Below are positions 11,507 to 20,941 of a stretch of 24,865 bases of DNA, one piece after another (the stretch's first letter is position 1; every line of letters starts with the position of its first letter). Source of the DNA: Gemmatimonadales bacterium (GTDB lineage: Bacteria; Gemmatimonadota; Gemmatimonadetes; Gemmatimonadales; GWC2-71-9); NCBI GenBank assembly GCA_041613315.1, contig JBFJHJ010000038.1:1-24865 (forward strand), in the 5' to 3' direction. The notes under the pieces were generated by a model. It made no database searches. It saw only the letters and a program-made list of their open reading frames with translations, and had not been told where the DNA came from. Both the position numbers and the translations under genes were made by a program.

Positions 11507-12820
11507 TCACAACCGCCCCCGCCGCTTGAGCTGCAGGTATTGCTCCACGACCGCCGGGCTCGCGTGGCTCGGCTGGACGTCGAGCACGAGCGCGCCCGCA
11601 CGGCGCATCTCGGCCAGCGCTTCCGCGCGGGCCGCCAGCAGCTCCTCCGCCGCGGCCTTCCGGTAGGCCTGCGGCACCGTCTGCGGCCGCGTCGACGCCG
11701 TGCCGTCCAACTCCGGGTTCCGGAGCGTGACGACGAGCGGCAGGTGCCGCGGCCGCAGCGACGCCACGTGGCTCACCAACGCCTCGGACGCCAGTCGATC
11801 GATCACATCGGTGAAGACGATCGTCAGGGCGCGCTTGCGGTTGCGAATGGCGAGGTAGCGGAACGCATTCGGATAATCGGGCTCCACCAACACCGGCTCG
11901 ACCACGGCCAGAACGTCGAGGACGCGCCGGAGTCCGCGGCGGCCGCGCTGCGGCATCACGTAATGGTGCACGCGGTCGGAGAACACCATCACTCCCACGT
12001 TGTCGTCGTGGTAGGTGGCGGCGAACGCGACCCACAGGGCGGCCCGCACCACGTGCTCCATCCGTGCCTCGCCTGCGATGTCCGCCGTGAGGAGCCGACC
12101 CGCGTCCAACACCAAGAGCACTTGTTGGCGTCGCTCCTCCTCGAACTGCCGGGCGATCAGTGTGCGCCGCCGCGCGCTCGCTTTCCAGTCGATGTGACGC
12201 GGGTCGTCGCCGGGAACCCATTCGCGCAGGCTCTCGAACTGGCGACCCTCTCCCAATCGCCTGGCGCCGCGCAGTCCCGCCTCGGGCCGCCGCACCGCTG
12301 CCGCAATCGAAGCCTTGAGCCGCGACGCCGGCAGGCCCGGATACACGATCACGCTCCACGGCAGGTCGAGCCGCCACTGCCGCTGGCCCAGCCCAAGGGC
12401 GCCTCGGCTGCGCACGACGAGCGAGCCGGCGGCGTCGCGTCCCCGCCGGCGCGGCAGGACCTCGATCTCGTCGCGCGCCGACGCCTCAGGGGGCACCACA
12501 AGATCGCGCGGGGGCTGCACCCCCCCCAACAGAGCCGGCCGGGTTTCCCGAATCCGGAGCCGGGCCGCTCTCGAGCGGCGATTCGCCCATACGTAGGCGC
12601 CCGTCGTGGGACGACCGACGGAGAAGCTCCCCGGCGCGTCGCGCTGCACGTCGAGGCGTCGCGCGCCCGGTGCGAAGTAGCCGTCGGCGATCACGAGCAG
12701 GATCAAAGCAGCATCCAGTCCCACCACGACGTCCAGCGCGACCGGCGTCACGTACCCGAGCACCGCCACCGGCGCCACCACGGCGATGAGCCATAACGCC
12801 CGTCGAGTGGGGAGGATCAC
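11507..12820 (-). CDS. DUF58 / vWA-like MoxR-associated protein
   Basis: FESLREWVPGDDPRHIDWKASAR motif, LDAGR and VFTD vWA-like elements, and an N-terminal hydrophobic hairpin. GTG 12820 overlaps the moxR stop (GTGA). Confidence 0.9.
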   Translation of the reverse strand: MILPTRRALWLIAVVAPVAVLGYVTPVALDVVVGLDAALILLVIADGYFAPGARRLDVQRDAPGSFSVGRPTTGAYVWANRRSRAARLRIRETRPALLGGVQPPRDLVVPPEASARDEIEVLPRRRGRDAAGSLVVRSRGALGLGQRQWRLDLPWSVIVYPGLPASRLKASIAAAVRRPEAGLRGARRLGEGRQFESLREWVPGDDPRHIDWKASARRRTLIARQFEEERRQQVLLVLDAGRLLTADIAGEARMEHVVRAALWVAFAATYHDDNVGVMVFSDRVHHYVMPQRGRRGLRRVLDVLAVVEPVLVEPDYPNAFRYLAIRNRKRALTIVFTDVIDRLASEALVSHVASLRPRHLPLVVTLRNPELDGTASTRPQTVPQAYRKAAAEELLAARAEALAEMRRAGALVLDVQPSHASPAVVEQYLQLKRRGRL

Positions 12821-13773
12821 GTTGCCGGGGCCTCGGTCTGCTCGAGGATCGCTCTGAGCGCGACGTCGGGTGAGACACCCTCGAGCTCGAGCTCCGGCGC
12901 TACCTGCACACGGTGCCGCAGCACGGCGGGGGCGAACCGCTTCACGTCGTCGGGGATCACGAAGTCGCGGCCCTCGAGAAAGGCGTGCGCCCGCGCCGTC
13001 TTGAGCAGTGCGACGCCGGCGCGGGGGCTCCCGCCCAGCGTGAGCGACGCCGCGTCCCGGGTCGCCCTGACGATGGTGGTGATGTAGGCGGTGATGCGTT
13101 CGTCCACCCGCACGCGGCGCACGGCTTCCCGGAGCGCGCCCACGCCGTCCGCGTCCAGCACCGGCGTGATGCCGTATGTCTCGGGCTCGTCCGCCTCGAA
13201 GCCCTCGAGGTAGCGCCCCAGGATGCCCTGCTCGACGTCGGCCGCCGGGTAGTCGATCGACACCTTCACCAGGAAGCGATCCAGCTCCGCCTCGGGCAAC
13301 GGATACGTGCCCTCGAACTCGATGGGGTTCTGCGTAGCGAACACGGTGAAGGTCGGCGGCAGCGGGTGGCTCGTGCCGTCCACGGTGACCATGCGCTCTT
13401 GCATCGCCTCCAACAGCGCGGCCTGCGTCTTGGCCGGCGCCCGGTTGATCTCGTCCGCCAGCACCAGGTCGTGGAACACGGGACCCGGTCGAAACAGGAA
13501 TTCGTAACGGTCCGTGAGTACGGAGATGCCGGTGATGTCTCCCGGCATGAGATCGGGCGTGAACTGGATGCGCGCATAGCTCACGTTGATCGCGCGGGCG
13601 AGGGCCCGCACCAGGAGCGTCTTGGCGGTGCCGGGCACCCCTTCCAGCAACACGTGGCCGCGTGCCAGGAGCGCCACCAGGCACTCGCGGAGAGCGTCGT
13701 CCTGTCCCAGCACGACCCCGCGGAGCGACGCTAGGACCGCCCGGGCCTGGTCGATGGTCGCAGTGCTTCCCAC
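12817..13773 (-). CDS. moxR: MoxR family AAA+ ATPase
   Basis: Walker A GVPGTAKT, RIQFTPDLMPGDITG, Walker B LADEINR, ATQNPIE and PLPEAELDRF. GGAGGA RBS. Confidence 0.95.
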   Translation of the reverse strand: MGSTATIDQARAVLASLRGVVLGQDDALRECLVALLARGHVLLEGVPGTAKTLLVRALARAINVSYARIQFTPDLMPGDITGISVLTDRYEFLFRPGPVFHDLVLADEINRAPAKTQAALLEAMQERMVTVDGTSHPLPPTFTVFATQNPIEFEGTYPLPEAELDRFLVKVSIDYPAADVEQGILGRYLEGFEADEPETYGITPVLDADGVGALREAVRRVRVDERITAYITTIVRATRDAASLTLGGSPRAGVALLKTARAHAFLEGRDFVIPDDVKRFAPAVLRHRVQVAPELELEGVSPDVALRAILEQTEAPAT

Positions 13774-15041
13774 ACATCCTCCACGGCTAGGGCGGCCGCG
13801 AGCACGTCTGCGTGGCCGCCGGGTTCACGCACGAGTCGGCGGAGCTGCTCCACCGCTCGCCGCGCTTCCGGACGTTCCGTTGCGAGCGCGAGGGAGCCGA
13901 GCCAGGCGTCGAGGTTACCGCCTCCCCGGCGCAGCGTGCCGCCGGCGCGACTCAGCCGCCGCCGCAGCCCTTCGGCGATGCGCTGGACCGAAATCTCCTT
14001 CCCCTGTCCCCGCTCCAGCCCGACCGCGAGGGCCTCGAGGTGCTCCATCGGCGAGCGGCGGCGGCGTTCCACGACCCGCAACGCCGGGCCGAAGCGTACC
14101 GCCGCCGCGGCGAGCGCGAGCAGCCCCGCGAAAGCGAGCTGGAGCATCGCCCACCCCGCCGGCGAGTGCACCGACCACCGCCAGGCAGCGGCGAAGATCG
14201 AGCCACCCGTGCCAAACCCCTGGTGATACTCGTCCACCACGACCCGCGCGGGACCTTCGTCCAGCAGCCACGAGAGCACCAGCACTCCGGCATCCGTCGT
14301 CCGCATCTCCCGGTTCGTGACGTATCGTGAGTCGGCGAGCACGACGGCGCGCCCGCCGCTTTCCGTGGTGAAGCGAACGGCGACCGGGGCACCGTCGCGC
14401 GTCGCCAACAACTCGTCGCGTGACGCGCCACCCCGCACCGCGCACGACTCCTCGTCCGACGTCCGCACGAACCGGGAGCGGCGGCGCTCTGCCGTGTCCG
14501 GTACCAACACGACGCGCGGGGCCGGCAGCGAGTCGAAGCCACGTGGTATCACCACCGGACGTCCTTCCTGCTCGTCCCAGGGGTCGCGCACCGTCTCGAG
14601 ACGGAGGCCGAAGCACCGCTCGACACCGGTCTCGCCCGCGCTGAGCACCGCACCCCCTCGCTCGATGTACCGCGCCACCTCCCGGACCTCGACGTCGGAG
14701 GGTGGGGCGGCGCCGGTGCGGACGCTCCCGAGTGCCGGACTGAACGTCACGGGCGCGAAATCCAGGAGCAGGAGCCAGCTGTCCCGATCCACCTCGGTGC
14801 TCTCCGCCGCGAGCCCGAACAGCGAGCGCCGACGGCGCTCGACCGGGATCCGCAGTGCTTCCAACGCCTCCGCGAGACCGCTCGAGCCCCAGGGCCCGGT
14901 GATCGCCACTGAGCGGCGAGGGTCGAGCATCCGGCGGTCCGGCGCCGCGCGAAGGCCGGCGAGCGCGGCCAGGACCACCGCAGTCGCCGAGAGGACGAGC
15001 GCGACGACGATCAGCGGACGTGCCGCCGATTCACGCGCCAT
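13731..15041 (-). CDS. DUF4350 domain membrane-anchored protein
   Basis: N-terminal TM, large soluble domain (GRAVVLADS...N), VVDEYHQG, second TM followed by RFGP, in the canonical position upstream of moxR. Confidence 0.75.
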   Translation of the reverse strand: MARESAARPLIVVALVLSATAVVLAALAGLRAAPDRRMLDPRRSVAITGPWGSSGLAEALEALRIPVERRRRSLFGLAAESTEVDRDSWLLLLDFAPVTFSPALGSVRTGAAPPSDVEVREVARYIERGGAVLSAGETGVERCFGLRLETVRDPWDEQEGRPVVIPRGFDSLPAPRVVLVPDTAERRRSRFVRTSDEESCAVRGGASRDELLATRDGAPVAVRFTTESGGRAVVLADSRYVTNREMRTTDAGVLVLSWLLDEGPARVVVDEYHQGFGTGGSIFAAAWRWSVHSPAGWAMLQLAFAGLLALAAAAVRFGPALRVVERRRRSPMEHLEALAVGLERGQGKEISVQRIAEGLRRRLSRAGGTLRRGGGNLDAWLGSLALATERPEARRAVEQLRRLVREPGGHADVLAAALAVEDVWEALRPSTRPGRS

Positions 15042-15651
15042 GCGTCACGAGGCCGGCCGCCCGCTCGCGGAACCGGCGGGCGTCCTCCGCGGTGCAAGGC
15101 GCGCCGCCGAAGAGATGCCGGTATAGCGTCCCCACCAGTTCGGCGAGAACGCCGACGCCCTCGCCGTCGAGCCGCGCTTCGCCGACGTACTCCGCCGGCG
15201 TCTTGGAGGGGTGGAACACGAGCGACTTGCGTCGGTCGAGCTCGAGCAACGTCGCGGTGAAGCGGTGGCCCAGCGCTTCCGCGTAACGGCCGTCGGCCTC
15301 CAGCCGGTCCGCCCGCTCCCGGTACCAGCCCGCGCCGCGTCCCTCGGCAGCCGCAGTCGGCGCGGCGGCACCCGGGTCGCGCCGTGGCCGCAGCGCACGC
15401 GTCACGAGATACACGAAATGGGCGAGTATGGCGACCACGGCGGCGGCGAGCACGGCGACGACCACCCAATGCACGATGGGGTGCTCCTGCTCGAGTCTGG
15501 CGAACCACTCCAGGACCGCCTGCCACAGCTCCACCAGCACCACGAAGGGGTTGGCCGGCATCGAGCGCCACTCGTATGCCGGCGTGCCGTATACGTGGTC
15601 GAGGACCGCTCGGAGGGAATCGGGGGAAACGTGCTGGGCCGGGTCGATCAC
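15031..15651 (-). CDS. DUF4129 domain protein
   Basis: One TM helix, then A...GRYAEAL...L..LD...SKTPAEY...LY..LFGG, in a canonical operon position. Confidence 0.8.
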   Translation of the reverse strand: MIDPAQHVSPDSLRAVLDHVYGTPAYEWRSMPANPFVVLVELWQAVLEWFARLEQEHPIVHWVVVAVLAAAVVAILAHFVYLVTRALRPRRDPGAAAPTAAAEGRGAGWYRERADRLEADGRYAEALGHRFTATLLELDRRKSLVFHPSKTPAEYVGEARLDGEGVGVLAELVGTLYRHLFGGAPCTAEDARRFRERAAGLVTHGA

Positions 15652-16415
15652 GCGCCGGCAGGTTCGGAGCCGAACCCCAACTGCTCGCTCAGGTGCACGA
15701 GATCGAAGGCTTCCTTACGGACGCGGAGGTCGTAATAGAACAGCGTGAACGCGCACGCGATGAGGGGATAGAGCATGAACCCCACGACGCGACCGACGAG
15801 GTCGAGCGGCATCGCGAGCGACGGCACAAAGATCGCGAGCACACCCATCGCAGCACCGGGGAGGGACGCCAAGACGTAGATCACGAAGCCGAGTCCCAGC
15901 GCCTTGCCTTTGAATCCCTTCGTCAGGCTCCAGGAGCGCCCCAGGGCATCGATCGCCGAACCGCCCTCGAGCACGACCACCTGGGCGACCACCGCGTAGC
16001 CGCACGCGACGATGATGCCGGGCACGATGAGGAAGATGCTCGCGAAGATGATGAGGAGGTACTTCACGAGCCCCGACACCAGGAGTCCCCACATCTTGCC
16101 GAGCGCGAAACCCAGCGCCTCCCCGACGGTTGGCGAGCGTCCGAGGTAGCCTTCCGATACCACGTGGACGATCGCCCCGGCGGCCCAGAGCCCGCCGATC
16201 ATGAAGAGCAGCAGGCTCAAGGAAAACAGTCCGAGGTACATCGGCTCGAAGGCGACGCCCCCGATGGCGAGCACGGAGTACATCATCAGGGCGAAGGGGA
16301 GCCCCTCGGAGACGAGCAGGATCCCCATGAGCACGGGGAACTGGCGCCCGAAGATCGTGAAGGCGCCGTCGAGGATCTCCCCGAACGACATGGCGCGGAG
16401 TTGATACGTAGCCAT
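15648..16415 (-). CDS. Conserved multi-pass membrane protein (GDPD membrane-anchor/YciC-like)
   Basis: LRAMSFGEILDGAF N-terminus, ALGRSWSLTKG and YYDLRVRKEAFD C-terminus, about six TM helices. GAGGGGG RBS before ATG 16415. Confidence 0.8.
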   Translation of the reverse strand: MATYQLRAMSFGEILDGAFTIFGRQFPVLMGILLVSEGLPFALMMYSVLAIGGVAFEPMYLGLFSLSLLLFMIGGLWAAGAIVHVVSEGYLGRSPTVGEALGFALGKMWGLLVSGLVKYLLIIFASIFLIVPGIIVACGYAVVAQVVVLEGGSAIDALGRSWSLTKGFKGKALGLGFVIYVLASLPGAAMGVLAIFVPSLAMPLDLVGRVVGFMLYPLIACAFTLFYYDLRVRKEAFDLVHLSEQLGFGSEPAGA

Positions 16416-16446
16416 AGGCCCCCCTCGGCGATAAGATGGTCCTCCG

Positions 16447-18279
16447 ATGCCGCCGACGCGAGCCCCGAGGACGCCCGAATTCTCCAGACGGATCTCCGTC
16501 GAGACCCCCGAGCACGTCACGCTCAAGTTCGAGCTCGCGGGCCTGGGATCGCGTGCCGCGGCGGCAATCTACGACATCGTCGCGCTCGGCTTCATCGCCA
16601 TCGCCGTCGGCGTGCTATTCGCCGTCGTCGCGGGTGGCCTCATGAGCGCCACGAGCGGGGCCGGCGGCGGGTGGGTGAGCGCGGGCCTCATTCTCCTCTT
16701 TTTCGGCGTGGTGTGGGGCTACTTCGCGCTGTTCGAGGCCTTTTCCGAGGGCCGCACGCCGGGCAAGCGACGCATGGGCATCCGCGTCGTGATGGACACC
16801 GGCCATCCCGTCACCTTCCAGGCGGCGATGGTGCGGAACCTGGTGCGGATCGTGGACGTCCAGCCGGGTTTCTCGTACGTCGTCGGCATCCTGTTCGCCG
16901 CGTTTCACCCGGCGAACAAGCGTCTGGGCGACATCGTGGCCGGTACGATCGTCGTCCGCGACCGCCCCGAGGACCTGACGCTGGCGCTGCCGGCGACCGG
17001 TGAGGCCGAGCCGATCAATGCCGGGCCGCCCCGGCTGTCCGACGACGAGTTCCGGTTGCTCGACCAGTTCATGGCCCGGTACGTGGAGCTCCCGGCGGCG
17101 GTGCGCGACCGCTTCGCCGCCGAGCTTGCCGGCCGGCTGGCCGACCGGTTCCCGGACCGGGATCCGCGCCCCGGCACATTCTTGATGCACCTCCATCGCG
17201 ACGAGCGCGACCGGCGCCGTGCCCGCACGGCCGTGCGCCGCGGGGCGGGCGGGGCCGCGGCGTTGGCGAGCGGCGACCGCTTCGTCGCGCTTCGCCAGCC
17301 GGTGTGGGAACGTTTCCGGGAGCGCGCGAGCGCCGCGGAGCGGCGGGGGCTCAAGAACTTCACGGGCCGGGAGCTCACCGCGTTCGCCGCCGACTACCGG
17401 ATGGTCGCCGCCGACCTCGCGCGCGCCCGTACGTACGCGGTGGACCCTCGTGTGCTCGCCTATCTCGAGCGGGTGGTGAGCAGCGGTCACAATGCGTTGT
17501 ACGGACTCCGCGGAGTCTCACGCCTGCCGATCGGCCGGCTGCTCTTGACGGAGCTTCCCGCCGCAGCGTACCGCGCCCGGCGCTACGTGCTGGCCGCGTG
17601 TCTGATGTTCGTCCTTCCGGGCATTGCCGGGTACGTGCTGATCCGCGAGCAGCCGGAGGTGGCGCGCCAGGTGCTGCCGGACGAGATGATCGCCCGGGCC
17701 GAGGCGGGGCTGTATCGGCAGCAAGAGGGCGTCGGCTATGCGCAGTCCCCGGACCCGTTCCTCCCGATCGTGGCATCCACGATCATCGCGAACAACGTGC
17801 AGGTGGCGTTCGGCGCGTTCGCCTTCGGGATCACCGCCGGCGTGGGCACGGTCTTCGTGCTGGTCTTCAACGGCCTCTTCTTCGGCGCCATCCTCGGGAT
17901 GTTCGCGAACTACGGGCTGGCGGGATGGATCCTGACGTTCGTGGCGGGGCACGGGGTGCTGGAGCTGACGGCGATCTTCATGGCGGGCGGGGCCGGGCTG
18001 CTGATCGCCCGGGCGTTGGTGGCGCCCGGCGATCTCACGCGCCGGGATGCGTTGGTGACCGCGGGGCGGACGGCGGTGCGCGTTGTTGGGGCGGCGGTGT
18101 GCCTGCTCCTCCTCGCCGGGACGATCGAGGGGCTCCTGTCGGCGAGCGGCGCGCCCGCCGCGTTCAAGCTGGGCGTGAGTGCGGCGAGCGCGCTGCTCGT
18201 GGTGCTCTACTTCGAAGCCGGCCGCCGGGCGGCGGCTTCATTCAGTTCACCGGAAACCGGACGCGCTAGCCCTTCGTGA
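16447..18279 (+). CDS. RDD domain - SpoIIM (stage II sporulation protein M-like) domain fusion membrane protein
   Basis: N-terminal RDD (ETPEHV...LAGLGSR...GRTPGKR...RNLVRIVD...KRLGDIVAGT) and C-terminal SpoIIM/DUF95 (YR.VAADLARART, NNVQVAF, FNG, HGVLEL, AGTIEG), in one uninterrupted frame. Confidence 0.9.
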   Translation: MPPTRAPRTPEFSRRISVETPEHVTLKFELAGLGSRAAAAIYDIVALGFIAIAVGVLFAVVAGGLMSATSGAGGGWVSAGLILLFFGVVWGYFALFEAFSEGRTPGKRRMGIRVVMDTGHPVTFQAAMVRNLVRIVDVQPGFSYVVGILFAAFHPANKRLGDIVAGTIVVRDRPEDLTLALPATGEAEPINAGPPRLSDDEFRLLDQFMARYVELPAAVRDRFAAELAGRLADRFPDRDPRPGTFLMHLHRDERDRRRARTAVRRGAGGAAALASGDRFVALRQPVWERFRERASAAERRGLKNFTGRELTAFAADYRMVAADLARARTYAVDPRVLAYLERVVSSGHNALYGLRGVSRLPIGRLLLTELPAAAYRARRYVLAACLMFVLPGIAGYVLIREQPEVARQVLPDEMIARAEAGLYRQQEGVGYAQSPDPFLPIVASTIIANNVQVAFGAFAFGITAGVGTVFVLVFNGLFFGAILGMFANYGLAGWILTFVAGHGVLELTAIFMAGGAGLLIARALVAPGDLTRRDALVTAGRTAVRVVGAAVCLLLLAGTIEGLLSASGAPAAFKLGVSAASALLVVLYFEAGRRAAASFSSPETGRASPS

Positions 18280-18841
18280 TAGGGATCTTCACGCGCGTCC
18301 GCTCCCACTCGAGGATCAGGGTCGCCCCTTTCCCCGCCGATTCGGCCCGAATCGTGAACTGCTCGATGGGCGTCTCGATGGTCCCGCTCTTGACCGTGCC
18401 GCGACCCAGCTCCTGCGCCTCAACGTCCTTGGTGTAGTAGCGCTCGTGGCCCCACTGGCTGATCGAGCGATTGACGATGACCTGCCACTCGGTCTCACCG
18501 GGCACCGTGTACAACGAATACGAGCCTGGCGGCACGGCAACGCCCGCGATGCGCATCGCCGCCGTCGTGTGGATCATCGTGGGCTCGTTGGCGCCTGTCC
18601 GCCACACCTTCGCGAACGGCACCGCGCCCCCGCCGATCATGGTGCGGCCCCGCGCCGCGGGGCGACCGTAGCACACCTTGACGGGACTGCCGTCGACCGT
18701 GAACGACAGCGAGTCGAGGGGGCTGCGCCGCCCCTCGGCGGCCATGTTCATCACGATGCAGGCGGTGTCGGAAGCCGCAACAGGCGGGGCCCACGTGGGC
18801 GCCGCCGCACTCAAGAGCAGCCCGGTAGCGATCGCAATCAT
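18266..18841 (-). CDS. DUF2911 domain secreted protein
   Basis: Signal peptide, then SP...V.YGRPAARGR, VWRTGANEPT, GSYSLYTVP, QWG and LEWE motifs. GGAGGA RBS; alternative start TTG 18844. Confidence 0.88.
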   Translation of the reverse strand: MIAIATGLLLSAAAPTWAPPVAASDTACIVMNMAAEGRRSPLDSLSFTVDGSPVKVCYGRPAARGRTMIGGGAVPFAKVWRTGANEPTMIHTTAAMRIAGVAVPPGSYSLYTVPGETEWQVIVNRSISQWGHERYYTKDVEAQELGRGTVKSGTIETPIEQFTIRAESAGKGATLILEWERTRVKIPITKG

Positions 18842-18983
18842 CAATCGTTCCTCCCGCTGACGTTCGTAGCGATGGTGACAACGGCTACCAATCTACCCAG
18901 CGGACACGCCCGATGCACCCTCGGCTCCGGCTCCCGGTATATTCTCTCCCCCCGGGGCCTCGCCACACTGACGAGGAGGAGGC

Positions 18984-19523
18984 ATGACGCGCGTCGCTCT
19001 CATGGTCCTGATGTGTACGGTGTTCGCGCCGACGGCTCTGCCCGGCCAGCACGACCCGTCTCCCTATGCTGGCGAGGAGCGGCGCGACATCAAGGCGCTG
19101 TCGGACCGGGAGGTGGCCGCCTATCTGGCGGGCGACGGGTTCGGGTTCGCCCTGGCCGCGGAGCTCAACCACTATCCCGGGCCGCGCCATGTGCTCGATC
19201 TCGCCGACTCGCTCGCGCTGACGCCGGCACAGCGGGCGGAGATCGAGCGGATTCAGGAGAGGATGCGGCGCCGGGCGACGGCGCTGGGCGCCGAACTGAT
19301 CGAGCGCGAGCGGGACTTGGACCGCCTGTTCGCCACGAACGTTATCACCGGCGCGCGCCTCGATGTGCTCCTCGGTGAGATCGCGGCCTTGCAGGGCCGC
19401 ATCCGCGGGACGCACCTGCATGCCCATCTCGAGACCCGCCACGTGCTGACCGCCGCGCAGGTCCACCGTTACGACACGCTGCGGGGCTACGGCGCGGGGG
19501 CGCACGAGCACCCGCGGCAGTAA
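18984..19523 (+). CDS. Periplasmic Spy/CpxP/heavy-metal-sensor-like helical protein
   Basis: Strong RBS GAGGAGGAGG, signal peptide, two LTxxQ motifs (LTPAQ, LTAAQ), AELNHYPGPRHVL and a His-containing C-terminus. Confidence 0.75.
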   Translation: MTRVALMVLMCTVFAPTALPGQHDPSPYAGEERRDIKALSDREVAAYLAGDGFGFALAAELNHYPGPRHVLDLADSLALTPAQRAEIERIQERMRRRATALGAELIERERDLDRLFATNVITGARLDVLLGEIAALQGRIRGTHLHAHLETRHVLTAAQVHRYDTLRGYGAGAHEHPRQ

Positions 19524-19556
19524 CCGCGGCGCGCGACGCAGCGACCGCCGAGCACG

Positions 19557-20780
19557 ATGCGGAGCATCGATTATCTGCTGATCGGGGGCGGCCTCGCCTC
19601 GAGCCGTGCCGCGCGGCAGCTCCGCAAGCACGACGACGCCGGCTCGATCCTCTTGGTGAGCGACGAGCCGCACCCGCCGTACGACCGCCCCCCGCTCTCC
19701 AAGGAGTTCCTCCGGGGCGAGAAGGCCCGCGACGCCCTGTTCTACGACTCGCCGACGGAATTGCATGCGCGGAGGGTGGAGACCCTGTTGGGCGTGCGGG
19801 TCGAGTCACTCGACCCCGAGGATCGGGTGGCGCGCCTCTCCGAGGACGGCCCCGTCCGGTATCGCCGCGCCCTGCTCGCCACCGGCGGGCGCCCGGCGCG
19901 GCTCGACGTGCCGGGCGCGACGCTCGAGGGCATTCACTACCTCCGCACACTGGATGACGCCCAGGCGATCGCCGGCGCCGCACAGTCCGGGCGACGCGCC
20001 GTGATCGTCGGGGCGGGATTCATCGGGCTCGAGGTGGCGGCCTCGCTCACCACGCTCGGCCTCGGTGTGACGGTCCTCGAGGCGGCGCCGCGCGTGTGGG
20101 CGCGCTTCGCGCCGGAGCCGCTCTCGGCGTTCGTCGCCGAGCACTGCGCCGCGCGTGGCATCGCGTTCCGCACCGGCGCCACGGTGATGGGGTTCGCGGG
20201 CCACGGCCGAGTTGCCGCCGTCAACACGGCGGATGGCGTGGTCCCGTGCGATTTCGCGCTCGTGGCCGTCGGCATCAGGCCCGGCACGACACTGGCCGCG
20301 GCAGCCGGTCTCACGCTCGACGACGGGATCGTCGTAGATGCGCGCATGGAGACTTCCGCCCCGGGGCTCTATGCCGCCGGTGACGTGGCCGCCTATCCCG
20401 ATCCGCACTTCGGGAAGCGCCGGCGGGTCGAGCACTGGGGCCACGCGGAGCACTCGGGACAGATCGCCGGGGCGAACATGGCGGGCGCCGAGACGCCGTA
20501 CGGCCTGCTGAGCTACGTCTGGTCCGACATCTTCGACCTGCACCTGGAGTTCGCGGGCGACGAGACCGAGCACGACCGGGTCCTCATCCGCGGAGCGCCG
20601 GAGACCGGCGTGTTTACCGTGCTCTACCTCAAAGACGACCGCCTGACGGCATACTTCTCGGTCAACGGGCCGGCCCGTGAATTCGCCACCCTCCGGACGC
20701 TCCTCAAGCGCCGGGTGGATCTGGCCGATAACGTGTCGCAGGTCACCGACCCTGGATTCGCCCTCAAGCAACTTCTGTGA
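19557..20780 (+). CDS. NAD(P)H/FAD-dependent ferredoxin-reductase-type oxidoreductase
   Basis: IGGGLA FAD motif, PYDRPPLSK, LATG, GAGFIGLE, YAAGDVA, RVEHW and WSD of the reductase C-terminal domain. Confidence 0.92.
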   Translation: MRSIDYLLIGGGLASSRAARQLRKHDDAGSILLVSDEPHPPYDRPPLSKEFLRGEKARDALFYDSPTELHARRVETLLGVRVESLDPEDRVARLSEDGPVRYRRALLATGGRPARLDVPGATLEGIHYLRTLDDAQAIAGAAQSGRRAVIVGAGFIGLEVAASLTTLGLGVTVLEAAPRVWARFAPEPLSAFVAEHCAARGIAFRTGATVMGFAGHGRVAAVNTADGVVPCDFALVAVGIRPGTTLAAAAGLTLDDGIVVDARMETSAPGLYAAGDVAAYPDPHFGKRRRVEHWGHAEHSGQIAGANMAGAETPYGLLSYVWSDIFDLHLEFAGDETEHDRVLIRGAPETGVFTVLYLKDDRLTAYFSVNGPAREFATLRTLLKRRVDLADNVSQVTDPGFALKQLL

Positions 20781-20941
20781 GGCCCGGAAGGCGGGGGCAT
20801 CCCCCTCCTCCCAGTGTGCAAGCAACTGCGTGGCAGGCAATCACTTGCGCTCAGCGGCGGGCATGGCCGGCGGTGCTCCGAGGGGCATCGCCGGCCCGGT
20901 CGCTCCTAACGGACTGAGCAGCAAGGAGTTATGTTAGGCAG

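Noticed and set aside
12821..13777. Apparent N-terminal extension of DUF58 spanning moxR (possible frameshift fusion)
   Set aside because: Low-complexity alternate frame with no slippery site. The GTGA coupling explains the junction.
18266..18279. 14-bp convergent overlap of the SpoIIM-fusion and DUF2911 stops
   Set aside because: Short tail-to-tail overlaps are common in GC-rich genomes and give no evidence of a functional link.
20820..20850. Possible sigma54 promoter (TGGCA...TTGC) upstream of the pilin cluster
   Set aside because: GG-to-GC spacing is 9, 11 or 13 nt rather than the required 10, and the reverse-strand candidate lacks the GG.
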